Source of the DNA: Bdellovibrionota bacterium
GTDB taxonomy: Bacteria; Bdellovibrionota_C; UBA2361; JBIKWN01
Assembly (NCBI GenBank): GCA_044356295.1
Contig: JBIKWN010000012.1
Location: 1 to 51,268 of the forward strand
Length of the DNA: 51,268 nt
Reading direction: 5' to 3'
Below the pieces are notes generated by a model. The model worked only from the letters and a program-made list of their open reading frames with translations. It ran no database searches and was not told the DNA's origin. A program made the position numbers and the translations under genes. Of the stretch, positions 38,189 through 47,325 are shown piece after piece (position 1 is the first letter of the stretch; every line of letters begins with the position of its first letter).

Positions 38189-39982
38189 TTAATGAGCGCT
38201 ATGCATATTTGGATTCTCACGAAGCGCTTGTGATATTTGAGCCCATGTCGCAAGGCGCTTGTCTAATGGAAATTTAGCAATGAGTGAATCAATATTTTTT
38301 GCTGCACGTTCCAGTAACTCTTTAGAGATATCTTCCTGTTCAATTGCTGAATTTATAATGTATCGAAAAACTTCTCGTTCAATAGGAGTTACTTCAACAT
38401 CATCATTAATTGCAAGTCTTGATGAACTTGCTATACCTTCTAGTAAAGTAGTTGCAGGGCGTCTCTCACTGAGCGGCTTAGAAGATAACTGTAAAAACTC
38501 AGGGTCATTGTTAATCATTCTACTAATTTGTGGCTGATACAGAACACGAGACGCTGCATAACCAACAGTAATTGCATAATCACTTGCATTGTTCGATTGT
38601 TTTACTTGATCGGTTTGAATTATTTCTAGTAGATTGGTACGAACTCGCATGTGTTCATAGACAAGTTCAGAAACGGCGAACCCTAGATCCTCTAGTGCTT
38701 GTTTATCTTCAATCCCGCGAGCAAAAGGAAGTATATTTAATAGTTCATCTAAATTTCTATCCTCTGGGTAAGAAAGCAGTACTTCTTTGTAAGTATGCAT
38801 TGCTTCAAATATCTGTTCACGTGTCGGATAGTTGGCTCGAATTGCATTGATGGTATCTTCTGTTAAATCAACCATGCCGATTTTTGAAGCAAGCTGGACT
38901 AGTGACAACTCTTTAAAAAAGCGGTTAGTCGATGAGATACAAAGAAAGTTTCGTCCATCAAATAAGGTTGATGCCTCAGCTCGAGCAGATTTTACAAGCT
39001 GTAAACCTGAATCCGTTCTTATAATGTCAATATCATACCCACCGATGGCTCCCTTCGCGCGTGCAACAGGTTTTGCATCCCCTTCAACAGAAAGTGAGTC
39101 TAGTCTTTTAACCAATTCTTCAGGAGTCAGCGCCGGACTTAAAAATAACAATACCTCAGTAAAGTTTTGTACATCCATAGTTCTACTCATTTCATATCGA
39201 CCTGCTTTTGCATCATTTGCACTCCCAAAACCTAAGCTACCCTTTGATGGCTTTGATGAACCGATTTGAACAACGGGGCTTTGGGGCTTTTGCCACAGGC
39301 GTGAAGCGGATTCCCAAACTTTTAGTAACGGCTCTGTTGCTCCATTATCAAAAAGGACTTCAGGTTTATCAGTTACATCAGATGTTGCGCTTGTAACAAA
39401 TGCTTGGACTTTGTCGAGTTTCTCTTGAATTGCAGGGTCATTCGAATCAACATGCGAAACTAACACAGTCGATGACGCACGAGCATGACGCCATTGATGA
39501 GATTGGAATGCATTCAACTGTTCAGGTGAAACGACAGCAACAACTGCTGGGTTGTATCCTTGCGCCTTTAGCGTGCGTGCAAGTTCTGCTGCATCAGAAT
39601 ATCCTGATTGTTCAATCAGAAAAAAATTTCTACCACTTGTTTTTAATCTCTTTAATTCATCAAGTACCTGTTTATTTGCAGCACAACAAGCGCATCCTTC
39701 GATTCCAACAGTATCGGTAATTTCTTTAGGCAGTCTATCAAGGTCAACTCTTGGGGAAGCGCCTTGAATCTCAGTTACTATGACTCCTGTATTTTTTGCT
39801 TCCTTACCTAAACCTTTAAGTACTCTAATCACACGTTCAGTTTTGCCGCAGCCTCGAACACCAGCAAAAATTAAAATTCGATTATCATCTGATGATAATG
39901 GGAATATTGACGGAGATTGAAATGTACCTACTGAAGCACTAGGTGTAACTTTCGGGGCATACGATGGAGAGATTTCAGACAT
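38189..39982 (-). CDS. Divergent COG0523-like GTPase fused to an unknown C-terminal domain
   Basis: GVRGCGKT, VIVTE, GCACC, LIEQSG and ARAKG motifs; G4 motif reads SHVD; S/P-rich N-terminal extension. Confidence 0.8.
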   Translation of the reverse strand: MSEISPSYAPKVTPSASVGTFQSPSIFPLSSDDNRILIFAGVRGCGKTERVIRVLKGLGKEAKNTGVIVTEIQGASPRVDLDRLPKEITDTVGIEGCACCAANKQVLDELKRLKTSGRNFFLIEQSGYSDAAELARTLKAQGYNPAVVAVVSPEQLNAFQSHQWRHARASSTVLVSHVDSNDPAIQEKLDKVQAFVTSATSDVTDKPEVLFDNGATEPLLKVWESASRLWQKPQSPVVQIGSSKPSKGSLGFGSANDAKAGRYEMSRTMDVQNFTEVLLFLSPALTPEELVKRLDSLSVEGDAKPVARAKGAIGGYDIDIIRTDSGLQLVKSARAEASTLFDGRNFLCISSTNRFFKELSLVQLASKIGMVDLTEDTINAIRANYPTREQIFEAMHTYKEVLLSYPEDRNLDELLNILPFARGIEDKQALEDLGFAVSELVYEHMRVRTNLLEIIQTDQVKQSNNASDYAITVGYAASRVLYQPQISRMINNDPEFLQLSSKPLSERRPATTLLEGIASSSRLAINDDVEVTPIEREVFRYIINSAIEQEDISKELLERAAKNIDSLIAKFPLDKRLATWAQISQALRENPNMHSAH

Positions 39983-40053
39983 AAGTCTCTGTTTAATTTA
40001 TTCAAATCTTGGTTAGACTTTTTTATTTTAAATCTAAATCTTGAATAGAAGAA

Positions 40054-40112
40054 TGCGGCGAAATGTCGCACCTATGAGTACTCATAAAGTCTTAGTGCGG
40101 CACATTGCCGCA
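40054..40112. promoter_or_regulatory. Compound palindromic regulatory site between divergent genes
   Basis: TGCGGC-N5-GTCGCA (40054-40070), TATGAGTACTCATA (40073-40086) and TGCGGC-N5-GCCGCA (40096-40112). Confidence 0.65.
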
Positions 40113-40183
40113 TTGATTCAACGGGGAGAATTGGTATTTTATCAACTGTAATTTTAAATAAACGAAATTGTAGTATTAAAATC

Positions 40184-40840
40184 ATGCAACCAGAACAAGA
40201 ACCTCAAGTAATTTCTGCTGACACGTTAAGAACAGCCACTTTCAACCGAGCTGAGATAAAAAAAGAGAATGCATGGGATAAATTTGGTGTAGGAGTCTCT
40301 GCTGCCTGTACTATTAAGTGTGTTGGACTTCCACTTATAACAGCAGCGCTTCCTTCTTTAGGAGCACTATCTGCATTTTCTCATTCACCTGCTGCCCATT
40401 GGGGGGTATTTGCTCTTGCAGCGCCTGGTGCTGCACAACTTTTTCATGATGGGGGAAAGAATGAAAGACGTTTTTCTAATGCAAGTTTTGCATCATTTGG
40501 ATTAACGCTTATGGCGATGGGTGCAATTGGTCATACTATTTTACATGGATCTGGTCACGACCATACTGGGCATGGGGATATGTCAGAGATGAATCATGAT
40601 ATGGGTTCTAAGATGGGCGGCACTGATCACTCTATGCACAACATGGACCATTCTGGCATGGATCATTCTATGCATGATATGAAATCCGAGGTCCAGCAAC
40701 CAGCAGCAGTTGTGTTTGATCCCGCCGCTGCAGGTCAGAAGGCAATTGGAGATATATCTCACTATAGTTTTTTAATAGGTGGTCTGATTCTTGGAGTGGG
40801 ACACTTGAGGAGATTTTTTTATAATAGAAAACAACAGTAA
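40184..40840 (+). CDS. MerC-domain-like membrane protein with His/Met-rich loop
   Basis: WDKFGVGVSAACTIKCVGLP resembles the MerC D..G...S..C..HC...P pattern; four TM helices; GHDHTGHGDMSEMNHDM...DHSMHNMDHSGMDHSMHDM. Confidence 0.75.
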   Translation: MQPEQEPQVISADTLRTATFNRAEIKKENAWDKFGVGVSAACTIKCVGLPLITAALPSLGALSAFSHSPAAHWGVFALAAPGAAQLFHDGGKNERRFSNASFASFGLTLMAMGAIGHTILHGSGHDHTGHGDMSEMNHDMGSKMGGTDHSMHNMDHSGMDHSMHDMKSEVQQPAAVVFDPAAAGQKAIGDISHYSFLIGGLILGVGHLRRFFYNRKQQ

Positions 40841-40881
40841 TTTCTTGATTGAATTTTCTGAACAAAGTGGGAAGTTTTTGG

Positions 40882-41424
40882 TTACAACTTCTGCCCTTGA
40901 ATAAAAAGGCTTTTATCAATTTTAGAAAAAATCATTTGATAAAATTCAGGATCTAACATTTGCTCAACTGAACCTATTCCGCCCAGATTATTTAAGACTT
41001 TACGTTGAAAAATCAGTCTCACTTGAGTTTTGTTTTCATTTACAGTCACATTGCCAGAACAATCTACAATTGATGCTTTATCAAACCTAGGTTGATCATT
41101 CCAAGCACCAAAGCCTCCTCGATTACCTGCACCGAATCCTCCCAAAAACATTCCTCCTGTTCTATCAGGATCCAAGTCGGATTCTCTTGTAGCTTGAACA
41201 AAACCTAAATCTTTATCAGCATTTTTTACAATAAATCCTTCATCTTGTAGTGCATTAATGACAGCTCTCATTGCTTCTATAGGAGACCTTGAAGCATATG
41301 TTCTAGTTTGAATTTGACGAAGTTGTAATTGTGTTAACGGTGGCTGCGGCGGAGGTAACATGCAGCCCAATAAAGAAATACTTAAAATAATTACAGTAAG
41401 AAAACGAAAAATAGTTCGATTCAT
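40882..41424 (-). CDS. Hypothetical lipoprotein
   Basis: Lipobox LLGC; TQLQLRQIQTRTY and LQDEGFIVKNADKDLG. Confidence 0.8.
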   Translation of the reverse strand: MNRTIFRFLTVIILSISLLGCMLPPPQPPLTQLQLRQIQTRTYASRSPIEAMRAVINALQDEGFIVKNADKDLGFVQATRESDLDPDRTGGMFLGGFGAGNRGGFGAWNDQPRFDKASIVDCSGNVTVNENKTQVRLIFQRKVLNNLGGIGSVEQMLDPEFYQMIFSKIDKSLFIQGQKL

Positions 41425-41439
41425 ATTTTTTTTAATTAA

Positions 41440-41847
41440 CTAGAACTTTGTTGAATGATAATTAACATCACTCACGCGATCGTTTCTATCAAACTTTATT
41501 ACAACTGTAAGTGTTTTTTGAGTTGTAGCAGATGCTCCGGCAGCACTATCAGAATTTCCTAGAATTAAAAAAAGTCCTCCTCCATCACGTGAGTAGCTAG
41601 CTTCAGTAGCAATCTTATCGTACACCCAAGTTTGAGCATCTCCGTTATCTTTAGTAACTATGTTAGGAGACCCAAGTGCACTTGCTACATCAGAAGCACT
41701 CATTCCTTTGCGGATGTCTCTTTGAACGACCCCAACTGTTAAATTCCGGTCAGCAGAAGAATGGAGATCCCGCGCATGTTTCCATGCAGGAGTAGTACAA
41801 CCAGCAAAAGTTACCACGATTAAAAGAGCTGTTATAATTTTGTTCAT
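41440..41847 (-). CDS. BamE/SmpA-OmlA-like lipoprotein
   Basis: Lipobox FAGC; IRKGMSASDVASALGSP, W.Y, and LTVVIKFD...V; ATG at 41847. Confidence 0.75.
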   Translation of the reverse strand: MNKIITALLIVVTFAGCTTPAWKHARDLHSSADRNLTVGVVQRDIRKGMSASDVASALGSPNIVTKDNGDAQTWVYDKIATEASYSRDGGGLFLILGNSDSAAGASATTQKTLTVVIKFDRNDRVSDVNYHSTKF

Positions 41848-42105
41848 CTTAGGAATTCTGAACTGGATTTGTGAAGTGCACAATAACCAGCAGAATGTAA
41901 TATTAATCATTTTGGCTATTGATTTAGTAGTCGTAACTTTATTTTGATTCGCCAAGAAAATAACTTGTTCAGGCTGTAAGATCTTTGCTGCACGGGTAGG
42001 CGGGTAGAAAAATTCAAATCACCAACTGACACCAATTTTAGTTTGAGTGCATGGCAATCCAGTGAGGAAGACCCATCAGCAAAGAATTACAGGGCGATGT
42101 AAATA

Positions 42106-42136
42106 AAAAGAGGAGGGTATAGAACCCTCCTCTTTT
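42106..42136 (-). terminator. Intrinsic (bidirectional-type) terminator
   Basis: AAAAGAGGAGGGT-ATAGA-ACCCTCCTCTTTT downstream of 42158..42652. Confidence 0.85.
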
Positions 42137-42157
42137 AGAACCAACTACTTGTGAGAA

Positions 42158-42652
42158 CTAGAGTGTTCTACCGTCACAGTACCCACGGCGCTTAACGTTT
42201 GCGCAGGCTCCAGCATTAGGGACATAGACACATGTGTTTTTCCCTACATGTACATACGCGCCACCTTTCGTAGCTTTTCTTGCAGTGGTACTCGAACAGT
42301 TGAACTTATACCGTGCTAAACACTCACCTCGACTAGATGCACATCCCAAACGGGGACCGCTTGAGCAAACCGCCTTTCCTGACTTGTTATAAATTGTCGC
42401 ACGGCCAAGGGTGAATGGATTTTTTCCATTGGTTGCAATGATTGTTGGGTTAAGAACAAATCCGGATACCGGACAGTTAAGGCTTGAACATGCTCGCTGA
42501 ACCTGGTTATTTTTCCATTGAATCAATGCACCTAATGACCTGCCGCTTATATTTCCAACCTTTTTACAAACAGCTGGTTGAGCATTCGCTACATCCGCCA
42601 TTCCTGCTGTAAGTGTTAAAACGAGAAAAGCCAATTTTAAGAGTTTTTTCAT
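42158..42652 (-). CDS. Small secreted basic Cys-rich protein
   Basis: Signal peptide ending ANA; 10 Cys; K/R-rich; own terminator. Confidence 0.8.
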   Translation of the reverse strand: MKKLLKLAFLVLTLTAGMADVANAQPAVCKKVGNISGRSLGALIQWKNNQVQRACSSLNCPVSGFVLNPTIIATNGKNPFTLGRATIYNKSGKAVCSSGPRLGCASSRGECLARYKFNCSSTTARKATKGGAYVHVGKNTCVYVPNAGACANVKRRGYCDGRTL

Positions 42653-42771
42653 ACTATCTATATCTATTAAATTTATGTCATTAAGGGAGGGTTAACTTAA
42701 ATGCTGGGACCCTTAATCCGTGCATTTACTATTCAAGGTATACTAGTATTGAATTTCTAACTAGTACTAAA

Positions 42772-43509
42772 ATGATAAAAATTATCAGAATATATGCGAT
42801 TTTCGCCAGTTTTTTGGGTTTTTTAGGATGTGCCGAACAATCTTCCCCCGTGGGACGAGATGTCCCAAACAGCGTTTTTAGGCTAACCACCTTAGATGAT
42901 GAAGATAATGAAAGAAGCTGCACAGCAACTTTTTTAGGAGGGCGCGCCTTTCTCACTGCTGGGCACTGTTTTGACGAATTTGTGTTTAGTGCTCATATCC
43001 TTGTAGGCAAAAAATCCCTACCGGTAATTGACGCCAAAGTTCATCCGGACTACCACCTGGAAAACGACAGATCATTATTCGACGTTTCCGTTTTCTTTGT
43101 ACACGAAGACAGCTCGCTTCTAGACCTCCAACCAGTGTCTTTTAAAAGTGCTTCTGCGACCCCAGCTGACAGCTACACATTTTTTGGATTTGGGCGAACC
43201 AATCCAGACGATCCCATGAGCGGTGGGGTTCTTAAAACTGGCCCTATAAAAATCGAAGGGGAAGATCAGAACTTCTTCTATTCACACCCGTCGGATGCGA
43301 ATATCTTAACCTGTTACGGAGACTCCGGGGGGCCGCTCGTTGATGAATGTGGACAAGGCTGCAACGTGATCGCCATCCTTTCTGCAGGAACGGAGGAATT
43401 AACCTGCAGCAAAAAAGAGCGTTCTACCTATGTAAAGATTAGTAATCCTTTCGTGTTGAACTTTATTGAGACTGCGATAAAGAGTTCTCTAAACAACACT
43501 TCAAAATGA
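42772..43509 (+). CDS. Trypsin-like (S1) serine protease lipoprotein
   Basis: Lipobox FLGC; LTAGHC, FDV and CYGDSGGP triad motifs. Confidence 0.9.
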   Translation: MIKIIRIYAIFASFLGFLGCAEQSSPVGRDVPNSVFRLTTLDDEDNERSCTATFLGGRAFLTAGHCFDEFVFSAHILVGKKSLPVIDAKVHPDYHLENDRSLFDVSVFFVHEDSSLLDLQPVSFKSASATPADSYTFFGFGRTNPDDPMSGGVLKTGPIKIEGEDQNFFYSHPSDANILTCYGDSGGPLVDECGQGCNVIAILSAGTEELTCSKKERSTYVKISNPFVLNFIETAIKSSLNNTSK

Positions 43510-43636
43510 ATCTCGAAAGATGCACTTATACAAAGAGTGTTAATTGGAGCCTTCGGTTAAAAGGATGAAAACTGCTCGATTCATACGAATTTGATTAAGT
43601 CTTTACCGTAGGTTTTTTAGGAAGGATACTTCTGAA

Positions 43637-44770
43637 GTGTTAAAACAATATCAACAAGATTTCTTAGACAATCTTTATTCATCGATACTACACTTTTGGA
43701 ATCCAACTCGAACACGTCTAGAAAATTCAGATGAAATAAGTAAAATAAAAATCTATTTATCAATCAAAGTATGGGCAATTAGAAATCACTCTAGAATTAC
43801 TCATTTTTTAAATTATTTCGATACGAATCAAGAGGTGTCCTTAAAGGTTATACAGCTCTTAAATGAAATTAAAATTACTGAGTCAGGCTTATCGTATGTT
43901 GAAAATTCTTTTGATTCATTCCACTCCGAGATTTACCGATGGATTGAACAAATATCTGATGCTGTTCCTCGTGCCTTAGTACTAGAAGAGAAAATAGATC
44001 AGCTAAAAAACGTATCGATACTAACAGATGTAATTATTAACATCGCACAAAATAAAGATCTTCGTAGAGAAATCTTTTTAATCAAAAAGTCGATAGCTGA
44101 ATATGATGCTAAGGTAACTTTAGATATTAAAAATATTTTTAAATTGACTGAAAGCGAACATAAAAAACTGGAAATCATTTTATCTGTTCTAAATAATGGG
44201 AGAGAAAAGCTTACTTATTTAAATGAGACCAATATTCTTGAACGATTATATGGGACTCATTGCTCTGTAGCGAATAAATATTTTCTTGAAAGCATAGATT
44301 CAGATTTAACTGAGAGTGCTCCTTTCAGCTCAATGATGAAAATATTAGACTTCGCTAAAAGTTATCAATTTGAAAATATTTTAGATGTAGGCTCAGGAAA
44401 TGGAACGCTATGTATTTTATTGAGCAATATATTAGGTATACCTATTAGTGGAGTTGAAATTAATCCCTCACTTTCTTCCATTAGCAAAACCGCAAACTCT
44501 GATTTAAATTCAGGAGTCAATTTCATTAATGAAGATATTAAGAATGTTGATATTGATAGCTTTAGAGAAATAATACTTTTTTCTTCATTATCAGGTGAGC
44601 CATTAATGAATTTACTTACAAGAATCAAAGAATCTAAAACGATAAAGCTATTTTTATCAGTCGGATATGTAAACAATATTGTATATAAATTCTTTCAAGA
44701 TTCTGCATGGTGTATGCAAACGAAACAGCCTAAAGAAGAGTTGGATATCTTGATATTTACAGCTCAATAA
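43637..44770 (+). CDS. Class I SAM methyltransferase (C-terminal domain) with helical N-terminus
   Basis: ILDVGSGNG, SGVEINP and FINEDI motifs; very AT-rich. Confidence 0.7.
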   Translation: MLKQYQQDFLDNLYSSILHFWNPTRTRLENSDEISKIKIYLSIKVWAIRNHSRITHFLNYFDTNQEVSLKVIQLLNEIKITESGLSYVENSFDSFHSEIYRWIEQISDAVPRALVLEEKIDQLKNVSILTDVIINIAQNKDLRREIFLIKKSIAEYDAKVTLDIKNIFKLTESEHKKLEIILSVLNNGREKLTYLNETNILERLYGTHCSVANKYFLESIDSDLTESAPFSSMMKILDFAKSYQFENILDVGSGNGTLCILLSNILGIPISGVEINPSLSSISKTANSDLNSGVNFINEDIKNVDIDSFREIILFSSLSGEPLMNLLTRIKESKTIKLFLSVGYVNNIVYKFFQDSAWCMQTKQPKEELDILIFTAQ

Positions 44771-44814
44771 TCTTGCTAATAAATTTTTTATAACGACAGA
44801 TTAACGCGTATCCC

Positions 44815-44946
44815 TTATTCATCCGACTCCTCCTTAGGTTTCTTATCTTCACTCTTCACCCTAGAAGTTATTAATTTAGCAACTGGTGAACTCGTTTCGG
44901 CTTTAATATTTTGTCCTATTTTTGCTGCATATTTCGAAATAGAAAA
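44815..44946 (-). pseudogene. Relic 3' end of a third paralog of proteins A/B
   Basis: Encodes SKYAAKIGQNIKAETSSPVAKLITSRVKSEDKKPKEESDE*, 33/40 identical to the C-terminus of 35732..38173. Confidence 0.88.
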
Positions 44947-44963
44947 CTACCGTACATTGGTAG

Positions 44964-45785
44964 TCATTTATGTATAGCGTCACTTTTATCTTCAAGGAAT
45001 TCCAACTTCAAAAACTGCGGCGCTATCCCTTTCATAGTTGCGCCGCAGTTATAAAAAATCTTGCCTCCATACTGATATTCACTAAACCTAGTATGGGTAA
45101 GCCCAATGACAATTCTTTTTGATTGCTCCCAATCATCTAGGAAATTGGTGCTAAGAAAAGTAGCAACTTCACGTGTTACTTTGTGCGCGGGATGGGCGAT
45201 TGCTGCGATTGCTCCAGAGATACCAATCTCTGATGCTAGTTTATATAAAGATAGTTCTAGCTCACTTCGATTTCGACCATGGAGTGAACCTAGGTTTTCT
45301 AATGAACGAATGCGCGTATCGCCATGATGAAATAACGTATCGTGTAGTCTGAATGTATTCGCATGAATAAAAAGATTCTTGAATCGGTACGAGGCTTCAA
45401 TGAGGTACTACAAAACGGAACTTTCCTCTTCGTGATTACCAAGTACATGATGAACTTCTTTTCCATTCGCACTTATGAGTAACTCTTCATATACAGGAAT
45501 GGCTAAAGATAAAATCTGTTCAGGTGATTTATGATTTGAAAGACCATCTATGATATCACCTGGGAGAACGATTATATCAGCTAACTGAAATAGCTCAAGT
45601 AATGTGTCTTTGTGTTCTGAATAATTCGATAAACTAGATCCTAAATGGATATCACTGGCTACAAGGGCAGTTCCAGCTTTGAAGTTTGATGTTTTAGAAT
45701 TAAAGGTTAAAGAGCCGTTTTGATCATAAAAAGTCTGCCGTTGTGTTTTATGGTAAACATTTAGTTGGTCTATCAATAAATTCAT
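44964..45785 (-). pseudogene. Calcineurin-like metallophosphoesterase split by an in-frame TAG at 45408-45410
   Basis: SDIH, GDIID and GNH precede the TAG; the same frame continues with HHGD and GLTH (GHTH expected) to TGA at 44964. Confidence 0.82.
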
Positions 45786-45859
45786 TTTGTAATTTTGCAA
45801 TATTACTATGTAATTATTATTAAAATATAGGACAAATTTTACATTTGAAGCGTAGATAA

Positions 45860-46487
45860 ATGGGTACACCATTTCATTCAGGAAAAATCAACGACGCTGT
45901 TGATCCATTTTTTACTGAAGAATTAATTCGAGTTCCTTTTGAATGTACATTGCCTAATATTATTCAACTTCTCTCTATCTGTTCTACAGGATTATCACGC
46001 GATTACTTAAACAAAGTAACTACACTAGCTACAGAAGTGACAAAAATCTTCTCTGAGGATTCATACTGGGAGCGTCTGGAATCGATTCCTAACTATTCCG
46101 CGCGTGAACGTCAATTGATACAGCAGTATTTTCCTGAACAAGATACAGCAGTAGTAATTTCGATGTTGGAAGAGAGCTATCCCGAATATAAACTTTCAAA
46201 AGAGGCTGCAGATAAAATGGTAGCAAGGCTCAAAAAAAACACCTGAAGATTATGCACGAGAGATTGTGACATACAGAGAAGCTTTAGCTGGTTCGGAGTG
46301 GGCATTTGATAAAGATCCACTCATTTCTCAATTACCAATCGGATATTACCGTGGGGATGACTTCTATATTGAAATGTTTATTCAGAACCGTGCCATTATG
46401 TTATTAAAACTTGCAGAATTATTTTGTGATTCCAAACAGCAGGCGGTTAATGTGCTCAGTGCTGGTATGAAAGATATTTGCGAATGA
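45860..46487 (+). pseudogene. Hypothetical gene frameshifted at an A8 run (46232-46239)
   Basis: Removing one A joins 45860..46246 and 46266..46487 into ...RLKKTPEDYAREIVTYREAL... Confidence 0.6.
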
Positions 46488-46500
46488 AGCTATAGCTTAT

Positions 46501-47283
46501 TTAAAAATCAAATTTTGGTGGGTAGTAGAGAACTGATTGTTTTTTAGTAATTTTTGGAGCAGGTAGTGCCCAGCTACGTAATGGGACCTCTTTCGTTCCA
46601 ACTTGAGAATCTTTGGCAAGGTGGCTTAATTCCTGACGAATCTTTAGAGCTTTTTCAGATTGAATATTAGATTGTAAAAATCGATCGAAAGAAACATACG
46701 CAGCTTTTAAATTAGAAAATAAAATTTCACTTTTAGTCTGTTGAGTCTCTTTGGTAACGTTATCAAAATCAGCAAAAATATAATCAAGTTGATGATTTCG
46801 CGTATCCCATAGATAAAACTGTGCATCATTTGCAATTCGAATATGTTGATTTGCTGCTCTTGTTACATCAGTAATTAAATTATCCCAGAGCGTAATAAGG
46901 TTTGGAACCTCTTCAAGAAGAGGATGCCCCCACAGTGTTACAGAACATCGAGCGGGATTGTTAGGACCTACACAAATCAATGTCTCAGATCCCAGAAAGG
47001 GCATTAGGATTGATCGTGCTTCTGGAATTAACAGGTACACAGAAGGAACTTTTAATCCTAAATCTTTAAGCATGTTGTATCCTGCAACCGCTAAGAATGG
47101 CTCGTATTCCTCAAAACAGTTGTCTGGAGCATGAAATCTTTTGACGACAGCGGGCAATGTTTGGTCACCAAAATCAATCTCTAGAAGTGTCGCAACAGCA
47201 AAACTTCCACACCCAAGTTCGGGTTTTATCTGACGCGCTGTAATAGCAGGAGAATCAATATCAGGCATCCCACAGTATCCCAT
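46501..47283 (-). CDS. Atypical protein kinase-like protein
   Basis: Gly-loop LGCGSFAVA, AVVKRF and IFADFD in kinase order; no canonical HRD loop. Confidence 0.55.
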   Translation of the reverse strand: MGYCGMPDIDSPAITARQIKPELGCGSFAVATLLEIDFGDQTLPAVVKRFHAPDNCFEEYEPFLAVAGYNMLKDLGLKVPSVYLLIPEARSILMPFLGSETLICVGPNNPARCSVTLWGHPLLEEVPNLITLWDNLITDVTRAANQHIRIANDAQFYLWDTRNHQLDYIFADFDNVTKETQQTKSEILFSNLKAAYVSFDRFLQSNIQSEKALKIRQELSHLAKDSQVGTKEVPLRSWALPAPKITKKQSVLYYPPKFDF

Positions 47284-47298
47284 CTATTGAGATCCTAA

Positions 47299-47325
47299 TA
47301 AAGAATCTTTAGTGCCTGCCGATAC
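47299..47325 (+). promoter_or_regulatory. Putative sigma-28-type promoter
   Basis: TAAA-N15-GCCGATAC, ~135 nt upstream of the small lipoprotein gene. Confidence 0.55.

Noticed and set aside
41425..41442. In-frame TAG between two lipoprotein genes as a read-through fusion
   Set aside because: Each gene has its own signal peptide and lipobox.
45013..45050. 11-bp inverted repeat AACTGCGGCGC/GCGCCGCAGTT as a read-through element
   Set aside because: It lies ~360 nt 3' of the phosphoesterase TAG, inside coding sequence, and occurs once.
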